Counted from the stretch's first letter, positions 49,280 to 58,850 are shown. The stretch: DNA of 64,000 nucleotides from Truepera sp. (GCA_965218435.1 CBDCKW010000009.1:2240001-2304000); one strand, 5' to 3'. The notes: generated from the letters alone by a model not told the origin. Numbers and translations are program-made.

Positions 49280-51930
49280 CCCTGCTGTGGCTTAGGGGAC
49301 TCGTTAAACGCCGTCCGGTACGGCTTCTAGGCACCGTCACCGGAATCGCGCTAACGGTCGCGCTACTCATGTCGTTAGCCGCTTTTATCGTCTCCGGCTC
49401 GGCAAGCATGACGCGGCGGGCGGTGGCGACCGTTCCGGTAGACTGGCAGGTTCAGCTCACACCGGGAACTACACCTAAAACAGTTCTCGCGGCGCTTCGT
49501 CAGGCGACGCCCGTACAGACCACAGCGCAAGTTGGCTACGCGCAGACTGCGGGGCTCGAGGCTCAAACCGGTGGGACGGTGCAAACCACCGGGCCGGGTA
49601 AGATTTTAGGCTTGCCGCCCGCTTATTTTTCCAAGTTTCCCGGACAGGTGCGTTCGCTCGTCGGCTCGCTTCAGGGTGTGCTCATCGCGCAGCAGACAGC
49701 GGCGAACCTGCACGCCACGGTCGGTGACACGGTAAAAATCAGGCGTGTAGGACTGCCGCCTGTAGCGGTCAAAGTCGCGGGCGTCGTCGAACTCCCCAAC
49801 GCCGACTCGATGTTTCAGGCCGTCGGTGTGCCACCCGGCAGCGCCCCGCAAGCCCCACCGGACAATGTGGTGCTGCTCCCGGCGGCGCAGTGGCACACCC
49901 TCTTTGACCCGCAAGCCACCGTAAGGCCCGATTCGGTGCGGACACAGCTCCACGTGCGGCTCGGGCACGGCATGCTGCCGAGTGACCCGAACGCGGCCTA
50001 TCTGGAGGTGAGCGGTCGAGCCAGAAACCTCGAGGCCCGCATCGCTGGCAGCGGGTCGGTCGCCGATAACTTAGCAGCCCGCTTGGACGGCGCACGCGGT
50101 GACGCCATCTACGCCCGCGTGTTATTTCTCTTTTTAGGGACGCCGGGGGCGCTGCTCGCGGCTCTCTTGACGTTGGCAGTTACGGCGTCGGGTGCGGCGC
50201 GTAGGCGGCAAGAACAGGCGTTGTTACGGACTCGGGGAGCCTCGAGCCCACAACTTTTACGTTTAGCAGGCTTTGAAGCTCTTGCGGTAGGCGTAATAGG
50301 TGTCATTTTCGGTTTTTTACTCGCGTTTATCGCGTCGCGGGCACTTCTCGGGACGAATCTGTGGACGGCTGCGGGTGTCACTGTTTGGCTCGTCACCGCC
50401 GCGCTTATCGGTTTTTTACTCGCGGCTGCTGCGGTCATGCTCCCGGCGTGGCGAGCCCTTCGCGGCGAAACCGTCACCTCAGCCAGAGCGGTCGTCAGTC
50501 ATGCCCACACACCTCTTTGGGAACGGCTCTACCTCGACGTCATTTTTCTGGCGCTGGCAGGCTTGGTGTTCTGGCAAACCGCGAAGAGTGGCTATCAGGT
50601 CGTGCTGGCCCCTGAAGGGGTCGCGCAGACCTCGGTGAACTACAGCGCCTTTATCGCCCCAGTCTTTTTGTGGCTCGGCGCGGGTTTGCTCACGCTGCGG
50701 TTGTGGAACCTGCTTTTAGGACGAGGCTCGCGTCTCCTTACCAGCTTGTTTCGTCCGGTGGCACATAAGCTCTCTGGTACGGTGGCAGCCTCTTTGGGGC
50801 GGCAACGGCGGCGGCTTGCCGGAGGCGTGGTGCTGGTTGCCCTGGCCTTTTCGTTCGCGGCGTCTACGGCGGTCTTTAATACGACCTATAACGGACAATC
50901 CAGGGTGGACGCCCTGCTCACCAACGGGGCCGATGTCACCGTCACGGGGACAACGGCAGCTCCCGCGGGCACAAAACTCGCGGCCTTCGCTGCACTTCCC
51001 GGCGTCCAAGCCGCCGCACCTATGCAACACCGCTTCGCCTACGTCGGCAACGACCTGCAAGACCTTTACGGTATTAGCCCTACCCACATCGGTGAGGCCA
51101 CAGTGATGTCGAACGCCTACTTTAAGGGCGGCAACGCGCAGGCGACGTTAGGTGCGCTCAGCAGTCATCCTGACGGCGTATTGGTCTCTGAAGAGACCGT
51201 CCGGGACTTTCAATTGCAGGTCGGCGACCGGCTCAATTTGCGCTTGCAAAACGCTAAAGACAACGCCTATCACACGGTTCCCTTTACCTTCGTGGGGGTC
51301 GCCAGAGAGTTTCCGACTGCGCCGAAAGATTCATTTTTGGTGGCGAACGCAGGCTATATCGCGCAGCAGACGGGCCGGGGCGCAGCTGAGGTCGTGCTCT
51401 TAAAAACGCAGGATGCAGCGGGCGTCGTGAAGGCAGCAGGGCCGCTGGTGCGTTCCCTACCCAGCGCGAAGGTCTCGAGTCTCGCTCAAGCGCAGAGTTT
51501 AATCAGCTCGAGCCTCACCGCTGTTGACCTTAAGGGGCTGACGCGGCTCGAGCTGACTTTTGCCTTTATCCTGCTGGCAGGCGCTTCCGGGCTGCTGCTG
51601 GCGTTAGGTCTTGCCGAACGGCGGCGCACCTTTGCCATCCTTAGCGCCCTCGGCGCAAAGTCGGCGCAACTCGGTGCGTTCTTATGGAGTGAAGGGCTGT
51701 TCGTGCTGCTAAGCGGCGCGGTCGTCGGGTTATTAACAGGTTTCGGCGTCGCCGAGATGCTCGTCAAGGTCTTGACCGGCGTGTTCGACCCGCCACCTGA
51801 AGCACTCGCCGTCCCGTGGTCGTATCTGCTCTGGCTGCTCGTCGCCGCAGCTGGCGCAACGGTACTGGCGATCAGCAGCGCCCGCATCACCTCAAGGCAG
51901 CCGGTCGTGCAGGCACTCAGAGATTTCTAG
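49276..51930 (+). CDS. FtsX/MacB-type ABC permease, tandem domain
   Basis: Two TM bundles with large extracytoplasmic loops; RRRQEQALLRTRGAS and ERRRTFAILSALGA motifs. Confidence 0.92.
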   Translation: MTLLWLRGLVKRRPVRLLGTVTGIALTVALLMSLAAFIVSGSASMTRRAVATVPVDWQVQLTPGTTPKTVLAALRQATPVQTTAQVGYAQTAGLEAQTGGTVQTTGPGKILGLPPAYFSKFPGQVRSLVGSLQGVLIAQQTAANLHATVGDTVKIRRVGLPPVAVKVAGVVELPNADSMFQAVGVPPGSAPQAPPDNVVLLPAAQWHTLFDPQATVRPDSVRTQLHVRLGHGMLPSDPNAAYLEVSGRARNLEARIAGSGSVADNLAARLDGARGDAIYARVLFLFLGTPGALLAALLTLAVTASGAARRRQEQALLRTRGASSPQLLRLAGFEALAVGVIGVIFGFLLAFIASRALLGTNLWTAAGVTVWLVTAALIGFLLAAAAVMLPAWRALRGETVTSARAVVSHAHTPLWERLYLDVIFLALAGLVFWQTAKSGYQVVLAPEGVAQTSVNYSAFIAPVFLWLGAGLLTLRLWNLLLGRGSRLLTSLFRPVAHKLSGTVAASLGRQRRRLAGGVVLVALAFSFAASTAVFNTTYNGQSRVDALLTNGADVTVTGTTAAPAGTKLAAFAALPGVQAAAPMQHRFAYVGNDLQDLYGISPTHIGEATVMSNAYFKGGNAQATLGALSSHPDGVLVSEETVRDFQLQVGDRLNLRLQNAKDNAYHTVPFTFVGVAREFPTAPKDSFLVANAGYIAQQTGRGAAEVVLLKTQDAAGVVKAAGPLVRSLPSAKVSSLAQAQSLISSSLTAVDLKGLTRLELTFAFILLAGASGLLLALGLAERRRTFAILSALGAKSAQLGAFLWSEGLFVLLSGAVVGLLTGFGVAEMLVKVLTGVFDPPPEALAVPWSYLLWLLVAAAGATVLAISSARITSRQPVVQALRDF

Positions 51931-52105
51931 GGAGGTTAGAGAGGTTAGGCGCTTGAGAAAGAATTCTGGACGCAGAAGTTGCTGGCGCAAGTAAGAAACC
52001 GGTGTCTGGCGTGCTCGAGCCTTACCGACACAGGCGCAGGTCAGCGCGGCTTAGTCTTGGGGTAACCTTGACGTAAGTTCGTCGCAACAAACTTGGCTCT
52101 CACAT

Positions 52106-52138
52106 CTCAACCTTCGTTTAACTTTGGGGCTGTACGCT
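52106..52138 (+). promoter_or_regulatory. Regulon promoter P4 (upstream of pap2-RR-HK)
   Basis: CTCAACC-TTCG-TTTAACT-N9-TACGCT. Confidence 0.75.
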
Positions 52139-52200
52139 GTCTTTGGGCCGAAAGCCGACTCAGACTTAACCTTGACTTGGCCTCAGAACCGAGGGTTGCC

Positions 52201-52851
52201 GTGACCACCTTACGAAAATATCTTCCTCACCTGAGCGGTTCGCTCCTGATCTACTGGGGTGCGCTACTGGCAGCACTCTTTTTGTTCGGGCAGTTTGCCG
52301 GTGAGGTTTACGAAAAAGAGGGATTTTTCTTCGACACGCCCGTTCTGAACTGGCTGGCGGCTCATCAAACCCCCTGGTTGGTCGGTCTGGCGCAGGCCCT
52401 GAGCACCTTTGGTGGGCCTCCAGTGTTGGGAGGTGTTGCGGCGGTGGCGGTGCTAGGGCTGTGGTTTGGGTTGCGCGAGTCTCGAGCCGCCCTCTTTTTA
52501 GCCGTAAGTTTAGGTGGGGCGATGCTCTTAAACGTGTTGTTCAAGCTTTTTTTCGCCCGTGTCCGCCCCGACCTGTCGCAACACCTCACCCCGGCCCCCG
52601 GTTACTCGTTTCCCAGTGGGCACGCGATGGGGAGTGCGGCGTTCTTTCTGGCCGTCTTTCTGGTGGTCTTTCACCTGTTTCCGCGCTGGCGCATCCTAGC
52701 CGGGGTGCTGGGCGTCCTGTTAACGCTCGGTATCGGGGGCTCGAGGCTCGTGTTGCAAGTTCACTATCCGTCGGATGTGCTGGCGGGGTGGGCGCTCTCG
52801 GCGGCGTGGGTCTTAGGGGTGAACCTCGTTTATGCGCGTACTCGTCGTTGA
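52201..52851 (+). CDS. PAP2-family membrane phosphatase
   Basis: KLFFARVRP, SFPSGHA, SRLVLQVHYPSDV; GTG start behind GAGGG. Confidence 0.95.
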   Translation: MTTLRKYLPHLSGSLLIYWGALLAALFLFGQFAGEVYEKEGFFFDTPVLNWLAAHQTPWLVGLAQALSTFGGPPVLGGVAAVAVLGLWFGLRESRAALFLAVSLGGAMLLNVLFKLFFARVRPDLSQHLTPAPGYSFPSGHAMGSAAFFLAVFLVVFHLFPRWRILAGVLGVLLTLGIGGSRLVLQVHYPSDVLAGWALSAAWVLGVNLVYARTRR

Positions 52852-53488
52852 AGATGACCGGGGTATCGGCGACCTCGTGTGCGACGACCTGCGCGAGCAG
52901 GGCTACGCGGTGGACTGGGCGCAAGATGGCGATGAGGCGTTAGGACTTTTGGCAAGCTTTCCCTATGACCTGGTGGTCTTGGACCTGATGCTGCCCGGTC
53001 ACAACGGCTTTGAGATCGTCGAACGCTTGCGCGGCGGGGGTCAAAAGGTGCCAGTCTTGATGCTGACTGCCCGTGACGGCGTAGACGACCGGGTCAAGGG
53101 GCTCGAGCTGGGCGCGGACGACTACCTGGTCAAACCCTTTCATCTGACTGAGTTGCGAGCACGGGTTCGGGCGCTCCTACGGCGCTCACAAGGTGAAGCG
53201 AGCAACCAGATGAACGTCGGGCGGCTCGCGCTCGACGTGGCGCAAAAACGCATCTGGTTTGCCGGAAATGAGGTGCGGCTTTCAGGCCGAGAGTACACGG
53301 TGCTCGAGTTTTTGGCCCTCAATGCCGGGGGCTACTATACGAGAGACACGCTGTTAGAACACGTCTGGCCGGGAGACACCAGCGTTGACCCGCGCACGGT
53401 AGACACCTACATCCGCTACCTGCGGCGCAAATTAGGTGATGAAGTCATCGAAACCGTGCGCGGTCTGGGCTATAGGTTTAGAGGGTGA
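52832..53488 (+). CDS. OmpR/PhoB-family response regulator
   Basis: LVVEDD, VLDLMLP, GADDYLVKPF, IETVRGLGY. Confidence 0.97.
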   Translation: MRVLVVEDDRGIGDLVCDDLREQGYAVDWAQDGDEALGLLASFPYDLVVLDLMLPGHNGFEIVERLRGGGQKVPVLMLTARDGVDDRVKGLELGADDYLVKPFHLTELRARVRALLRRSQGEASNQMNVGRLALDVAQKRIWFAGNEVRLSGREYTVLEFLALNAGGYYTRDTLLEHVWPGDTSVDPRTVDTYIRYLRRKLGDEVIETVRGLGYRFRG

Positions 53489-54843
53489 CGCTCCGGCTGC
53501 GGCTGACCCTCTTTTATACGCTCTTGGTTGCGTTGGTACTGGCCGTGAGCGGGGTAGGGCTGCACGTGCTGCTCGCCCGTGGTCTCTACCGCAGTCTCGA
53601 CGCCAGTTTGCAACAAGCTGCCAGTTTGCTCTCGGGTTTTATGGAGCAGGAGAACGGCAAACCTCAGCTAAAACCTGAGAGCGAGATCGTCCCACAGCTT
53701 TCCTCGGATTTGGTCGCTGTCTTGGTCGGGTCGAACGGGCAAGTCCTCGATAGCCTGGGGCGCTTGCCGGAGCCCCTACCGCGGGTACAGGCGGGCCTCT
53801 CAACTCAGCGAGGCTGGCGGGTTTGGAGTGAGCCCATTCAGGGGGCAGCCCTGCAAACCTTACAAGATACGCGCAGCATCGCTGAAAGCGTCAGGCGCTT
53901 CGACCTCAGCTTTTTGGTGTTAGCGCCGCTGGCGGTGCTCCTGGCGTTCGGCTTGGGCTACCTCTTTTCCGGTCAGGCGCTCACCCCCGTGCGGCACATG
54001 ACGGACGCGGCGCTCGAGCTGGCCAATCGGCGGGCGTGGGGCGAGCGGTTACCCGAACCCCAAAACCAAGACGAGTTATGGCGCTTGTCGCAGGCGACCA
54101 ATACGCTGCTGGCGGCGCTTGCCGACGTGATCGAGAGCGAACGGCGCTTTACCGCCGACGCCGCCCACGAACTCCGCACGCCCCTGACCGTGTTGCGGGG
54201 CAGGCTCGAGCAGGCGGTCGAAAAGACTAAGGGGAACAGTGCCCAACCCGCTCTCAAAGCGGCTTTAGCTGCCGGTGACGAGCTTTTGGTACTGGTTGAA
54301 AAACTCCTTTTGTTGGCCCGCACCGAAGCGGGGCAGGGCTTTCATTTGGAAACTGTTGCGCTCGACGAAATCGCTTTTGACGTCGCTGAGCTGTTGCGCC
54401 CGCTTTTCGACGCCAAGGGCCTGGGGCTCGAGCTACACCTCCCGGAAGAAGTCCAGGTCGAGGGCGACCGGGTGGCGCTGGGGCTGCTGGTGCGTAATCT
54501 ACTGGAAAATGCGCTTAAATTTACCCCAGCCGGTCATGTTGGCGTACGGGTCGAAAGGCGGCAGGACAAGGCTTATTTGCACGTTTGGGACGGTGGCCCA
54601 GGAGTTCCAGCCGAGGCGCTGGGGCATCTCTTTGAGCGGTTTTACCAGGTAGATGTCCGTCATCGGCAGCTGGGCAACGGGTTGGGGTTGGCCCTCGCCC
54701 AGAGTATCGCATCTTGGCATGGGGGCACGCTTGAGGCTCACAACCGCTCTGAAGGGGGCGCGGTGTTCGTACTCGAGCTACCTGCTGGCAACACCGGTCA
54801 TACCCCCCGACCCGTTTCTAAACTTGTACGCGTACCTTTTTAG
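53485..54843 (+). CDS. Sensor histidine kinase (HAMP-HisKA-HATPase)
   Basis: Two TM segments; ADAAHELRTPL, NLLENALKF, DGGPG, GLGLA. Confidence 0.97.
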   Translation: MTLRLRLTLFYTLLVALVLAVSGVGLHVLLARGLYRSLDASLQQAASLLSGFMEQENGKPQLKPESEIVPQLSSDLVAVLVGSNGQVLDSLGRLPEPLPRVQAGLSTQRGWRVWSEPIQGAALQTLQDTRSIAESVRRFDLSFLVLAPLAVLLAFGLGYLFSGQALTPVRHMTDAALELANRRAWGERLPEPQNQDELWRLSQATNTLLAALADVIESERRFTADAAHELRTPLTVLRGRLEQAVEKTKGNSAQPALKAALAAGDELLVLVEKLLLLARTEAGQGFHLETVALDEIAFDVAELLRPLFDAKGLGLELHLPEEVQVEGDRVALGLLVRNLLENALKFTPAGHVGVRVERRQDKAYLHVWDGGPGVPAEALGHLFERFYQVDVRHRQLGNGLGLALAQSIASWHGGTLEAHNRSEGGAVFVLELPAGNTGHTPRPVSKLVRVPF

Positions 54844-55243
54844 ACCTGTCACCTTGCGTCGGTGACTGTCATAAGGATTGGCCCGCGCCGATTACGCTCG
54901 AGGCTGAGACGTACGCAGGGCGAAACTCTCTAGTCCCGGTATCTGGCAAGGTCGGTGGCGGCTTGTACTGGAATTTGCCACGCGGTTTTTCGTACTTGGA
55001 GACGAGATTACCAGCCTCGGCTGGAGGTCAATGGGTCAAGAAGCAGATTAAAAATCTATCCAAAAACCAGAAAAACTGCGCCGGACGCATCTGTCTCTTA
55101 TAACGCGCTTTTCTGGAAGAGCGTTCCCCACACTTTCTCTACGCTTCGTTCGCCGAAGCTGATTTGGTAGGAAAAGAGTTTTTGTTTTTGGACAAGTTCT
55201 CAACCAACAGGCTTATTAACGCTGTTTCCTGAAGCAGTAGGTG

Positions 55244-55873
55244 TTATTCCAAACCTAAGGGTTCAGGCGTTTTGCCGGTAGCTAGCCAGTCTTGAATCTG
55301 TTTGAGGCGTGTAGCAGTTTCGCCCCTAGCCGCTTCGATCAGGTCAGCGGCAACGAGCAGCGCGTTGCTGCGGCGTCCATAAGCGTCATAACCAGCGGCG
55401 GCGAGCGGCGTCCCATGTTCAAAAAGTGCGATAGCTCCGGCGAGCGGCAGTTCGTAGAGGACGTCAACCTCAGCGGGCTCGAGGCGGTAGCTTTCTAAGG
55501 GTGCGTCGCGTAACAGCAGATACGTTTCTTGCAGTTCATTGTCAAGCATGCCCGGGTAGTGACGTTGGGCGCGCGTAGTGCCTAGATAGATAAGTTCGTG
55601 AGGCGAGGCGTCAAAGCCGAGTTCTTCACGCGTCTCACGAAGAACCTCCCGGAGCGTCTCCCCTGCTCTAAAATGACCACCCACCGCAACGTCGAGTTTA
55701 CCGGGCTCGAGTTTACTTTGGGCGCGCCGCTGCAGCAGCACATAGTGCCGGTCTTTAAGGAGCCACACGTGCAGGGTACGGTGCAAGTCGCCACTTTGGT
55801 GAACCGCGCTCCGGCTCTTACTCCGGCCGGTAGGTAGCCCTGCGGCATTTAGTACGTCTAAAAGCTCGCTCAC
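55244..55873 (-). CDS. NUDIX hydrolase (IDI-like)
   Basis: VHQSGDLHRTLHV, GGHFRAGE....RETREELG Nudix box; GTG 6 nt after TATAGT. Confidence 0.88.
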   Translation of the reverse strand: MSELLDVLNAAGLPTGRSKSRSAVHQSGDLHRTLHVWLLKDRHYVLLQRRAQSKLEPGKLDVAVGGHFRAGETLREVLRETREELGFDASPHELIYLGTTRAQRHYPGMLDNELQETYLLLRDAPLESYRLEPAEVDVLYELPLAGAIALFEHGTPLAAAGYDAYGRRSNALLVAADLIEAARGETATRLKQIQDWLATGKTPEPLGLE

Positions 55874-55889
55874 AGGGGTACTATACCGT

Positions 55890-56774
55890 GTGGCACTCTT
55901 TTTACGCATAACGCAGGGGAGCTACCGGGGAGGGCGACAACTGGGGCTGATACTCGCTGGCTTACTCGCTGGGCTGCTGTTAGGAAGTTGTGAGGTGGCA
56001 GCCGTGCCCGAACGGAGCTTTGGATTGGTCGTTCCGATCTATAATAGCGCGGGGCTAGGGGCGGCGCTAACGACCCTGAAGCCGCACTTACGCGCGAAAG
56101 ACCGCTTTATGCTCGTGTCAGGTAATACTGACGGAGAGATCGACGTCGCTTGGCTTAATGAGGCGGCGCTCGAGTTGCGCAGCGTCTATCAGACGGCCCC
56201 TATCTACGCCGCGACGAGCGGTCTTAAAAATATCGGGGCGGCGGCGCAGGGGGTCTCAAACTTGTTCACCGCCGTTGTCTATATCTATGAACCCAATTTT
56301 CCCAATCAACCGGAGTTTAGCTGGGATTTTGAAACGACGCTCTCACGGTTTGACGACGTCGGTAAGCAGGTGCGGAAAAACGGCTTTCGGGCCGTCGGTA
56401 AACCGACCGGTCGGCCCATCTTACAGTCTAACTTGCAGTCTTACAACTGGAACTACGGCCGACTTGCCGAGAGCGTTGACGAGCTGTTCGTGCAAACCCA
56501 GACCTACTGTAAAGACGGCCCGTCAGCGTTCGCGTCGGCGCTCGACACCTTGAGCGAACAGTTTCAGGGGCACGCTAAAACGTCGTGGGTGCCGCAAGTA
56601 ACGATTGACCCGGACGCCCCCAACGGTACGACCGTGACTCAGGCGCGGGCCTGCTTGGAAGAGGCCAAACGGCGGGGGCGCTCGGGCGCAGTGCTCTGGT
56701 GGTCACCTAACTTTGTGGACAAAGCGGTCGCGTTTATCGCGTCACTGAACGCCGACGCCGCGCTCGCGCACTGA
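55890..56774 (+). CDS. Hypothetical lipoprotein
   Basis: Hydrophobic stretch with LLLGSC lipobox; alternating beta/alpha pattern. Confidence 0.7.
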   Translation: MALFLRITQGSYRGGRQLGLILAGLLAGLLLGSCEVAAVPERSFGLVVPIYNSAGLGAALTTLKPHLRAKDRFMLVSGNTDGEIDVAWLNEAALELRSVYQTAPIYAATSGLKNIGAAAQGVSNLFTAVVYIYEPNFPNQPEFSWDFETTLSRFDDVGKQVRKNGFRAVGKPTGRPILQSNLQSYNWNYGRLAESVDELFVQTQTYCKDGPSAFASALDTLSEQFQGHAKTSWVPQVTIDPDAPNGTTVTQARACLEEAKRRGRSGAVLWWSPNFVDKAVAFIASLNADAALAH

Positions 56775-58608
56775 CCACGCCTAGTTTTTGTTCAACTGCG
56801 CCAAGGGGTTGACCAAAGGGCAAGGTAAAGAGCATCTCGAGGCTGTAATAACTGCGCAGCAGCCGAAAAAGAATATAAAGCGGGAGATAAAGCAGCAGGC
56901 CGAACTGACGGTACGCGGCGATCACGGCTACACTGACCAAAAACGGCAAACCGATCACGACCGAGGCGAGCGCCGCCCCGCCCCGCAGCGCGAGCGCGTC
57001 GGGGGTAAGGAGCAGCGTCACCCCGCCAAAAAGCAGCAGCGGCACCGTTACCGAGCGCCGCGCGACCTGCAAAAGCGCCCACGGCAGGCTGAACACGCCG
57101 CGCACCCCTTGCCGCGTCTGCATCGCCGAGCGGTTACGCGCCGCAACGTGAAAGGTGCTCCGAAACCACCGGAGCCGCTGCTCACGCAAATTAGCCAGAG
57201 TACGTGGGACTTCTGAATAGACGTGCAAGCCGGGGTCGTTGATCAACCGGTAGCCGAGCCGACCGATCCGCAGCACGATGTCGGTGTCCTCGCCGTTAAT
57301 CTCTTCGGCGAAGCCGCCGAGCGTATCGAGGCAGCTCCGGCGGTACGCCGAAAAAACCCCTGACAGGCTCAGTACACCGTCCACCGCGCTCATCCCTAAG
57401 CGGACAAAACCTTGGTTGAGGTAAACTTCGGTCGCACGCATTTTCGCGAGCAGCGGGCGCGGCTCGAGCGGTAGCGGCAGCCCGCTCACTGCGCCGACGC
57501 CGTCATCGGCAAAGTGCGGGATCGTTTTAGCGAGCAAGTTGGGCGAGACCTGTGTGTCGGCGTCTACCCGGACGACGATATCTTCTTTGATATAGCTGAG
57601 ACCCAGGTTGAGCGCCTTGGATTTGCCCGGCTCCAGGCACTCTAAGACGACGCCGTCAAGCGCGGCGCAGCGCCTCAGCTCAACTTCAGCTAGGGCGCGG
57701 GTCAGGTCTTCCGAGCCGTTATCCACGAGATAAAGCCGACATACCCGCCCGTACCGCTGCGCCGCCACGTCGAGGCTACGGATACAGTCGGCGATATTTT
57801 CCGCTTCGTTTAAGGCCGGTACCAGAAATGCGACGGTAAAACGGATGTCGCCGGTTTTGCCGCGTAAAGAGACCAGTTCAGCTGCAACCAATACAGCGAT
57901 AAACACCGGAAAAAAGAGCAGGATGCCCGGGCCGAGGCCACCGAGTAACGCCACGTTTCTGAGAAACTCGAGGGGTGCAGCCAGCAGGTGGTTGGCGGCA
58001 AAAGAGACGACGCCCGCAACGATGAGCGCAAAAGTGAAACGCACGAGGTAACGTTTAGGGCGTCGCCGCTGCTCCCGAACCCGTTCGTCGTCCGGTAAGG
58101 TCGCTTGCCTGAGAATCACCCAGGAGAACGCGCCGAGCAGCGCAAAACCCAGCACGAGGTTGGTCAACGTAAGGGTAAACGAGCTGCCTAAGAGACTCCT
58201 TAGATTGATAAAAAGGGCGTCGAGTAACAGCGTCAAGAGTGTAAAGATAAGGCTCAGGCTCGCCAGCAGCTTGAGCCGCCAGCCCCAGGTTCCGGCAGCA
58301 AAGAGCGCAAAGGTCACAAAAAACGCCAGAAAAAAAGGCCGCAACCGTAACGAGATTTCAGCAGGCGCACCCACAACGTTGAGGTGACCTATCAAACTGC
58401 TGTAAAGCGGTTCAGCGAGCGGCGCAAGCCGCGCAAAAACAGCAAAGACACCCGTCAAGACCAGAAGAAACGCCGGAACCAACCACGGCGAACGCGGCAC
58501 CGAAAAGTGGCGCGGGGCGCTGTCTGCCGTTTGCAAGCTGACAGTTGGCATTTTCCTTAATCTTGGGTCTGCTTCCGGTTTTGCTTCCAACTTCTTTGGT
58601 AGGTTCAT
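56734..58608 (-). CDS. GT2 processive glycosyltransferase with N-terminal membrane domain
   Basis: VPALNEA, VDNGSED, GKSKALN, VDAD, GEDTD, QRLRW; multiple TM helices. Confidence 0.93.
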   Translation of the reverse strand: MNLPKKLEAKPEADPRLRKMPTVSLQTADSAPRHFSVPRSPWLVPAFLLVLTGVFAVFARLAPLAEPLYSSLIGHLNVVGAPAEISLRLRPFFLAFFVTFALFAAGTWGWRLKLLASLSLIFTLLTLLLDALFINLRSLLGSSFTLTLTNLVLGFALLGAFSWVILRQATLPDDERVREQRRRPKRYLVRFTFALIVAGVVSFAANHLLAAPLEFLRNVALLGGLGPGILLFFPVFIAVLVAAELVSLRGKTGDIRFTVAFLVPALNEAENIADCIRSLDVAAQRYGRVCRLYLVDNGSEDLTRALAEVELRRCAALDGVVLECLEPGKSKALNLGLSYIKEDIVVRVDADTQVSPNLLAKTIPHFADDGVGAVSGLPLPLEPRPLLAKMRATEVYLNQGFVRLGMSAVDGVLSLSGVFSAYRRSCLDTLGGFAEEINGEDTDIVLRIGRLGYRLINDPGLHVYSEVPRTLANLREQRLRWFRSTFHVAARNRSAMQTRQGVRGVFSLPWALLQVARRSVTVPLLLFGGVTLLLTPDALALRGGAALASVVIGLPFLVSVAVIAAYRQFGLLLYLPLYILFRLLRSYYSLEMLFTLPFGQPLGAVEQKLGVVSARARRRRSVTR

Positions 58609-58686
58609 GGTGTTCCTCACTTCAACTCGCCAACAGCCCTAACTATACCCTGACTTTTTGCAACTCGGTTTTTGGTTTTTGAAACC

Positions 58687-58715
58687 TTGCAGTGCCCGGG
58701 CAGATTGGATAAACT
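58687..58715 (+). promoter_or_regulatory. Sigma70-type promoter of the tRNA
   Basis: TTGCAG-N17-TAAACT, 8 nt before the tRNA. Confidence 0.65.
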
Positions 58716-58723
58716 AGCCGTAC

Positions 58724-58800
58724 GCGCCCGTAGCTCAGTAGGATAGAGCAGGGGACTCCTAAGCCCAAGGTCATCCGTTCGATTCGGATCGGGCGCACCA
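58724..58800 (+). tRNA. tRNA-Arg (anticodon CCT), CCA encoded
   Basis: GCGCCCG/CGGGCGC acceptor stem, GCTC/GAGC D-stem, loop CTCCTAA, T-arm ATCCG-TTCGATT-CGGAT, ACCA end. Confidence 0.95.
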
Positions 58801-58828
58801 TAAACCGCACGTTATAAACGCAAGCTTA

Positions 58829-58850
58829 AGCCTCGCTGAAGAGCGGGGCT
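58829..58850. terminator. Hairpin after the tRNA
   Basis: AGCCTCGCT-GAAG-AGCGGGGCT. Confidence 0.6.
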
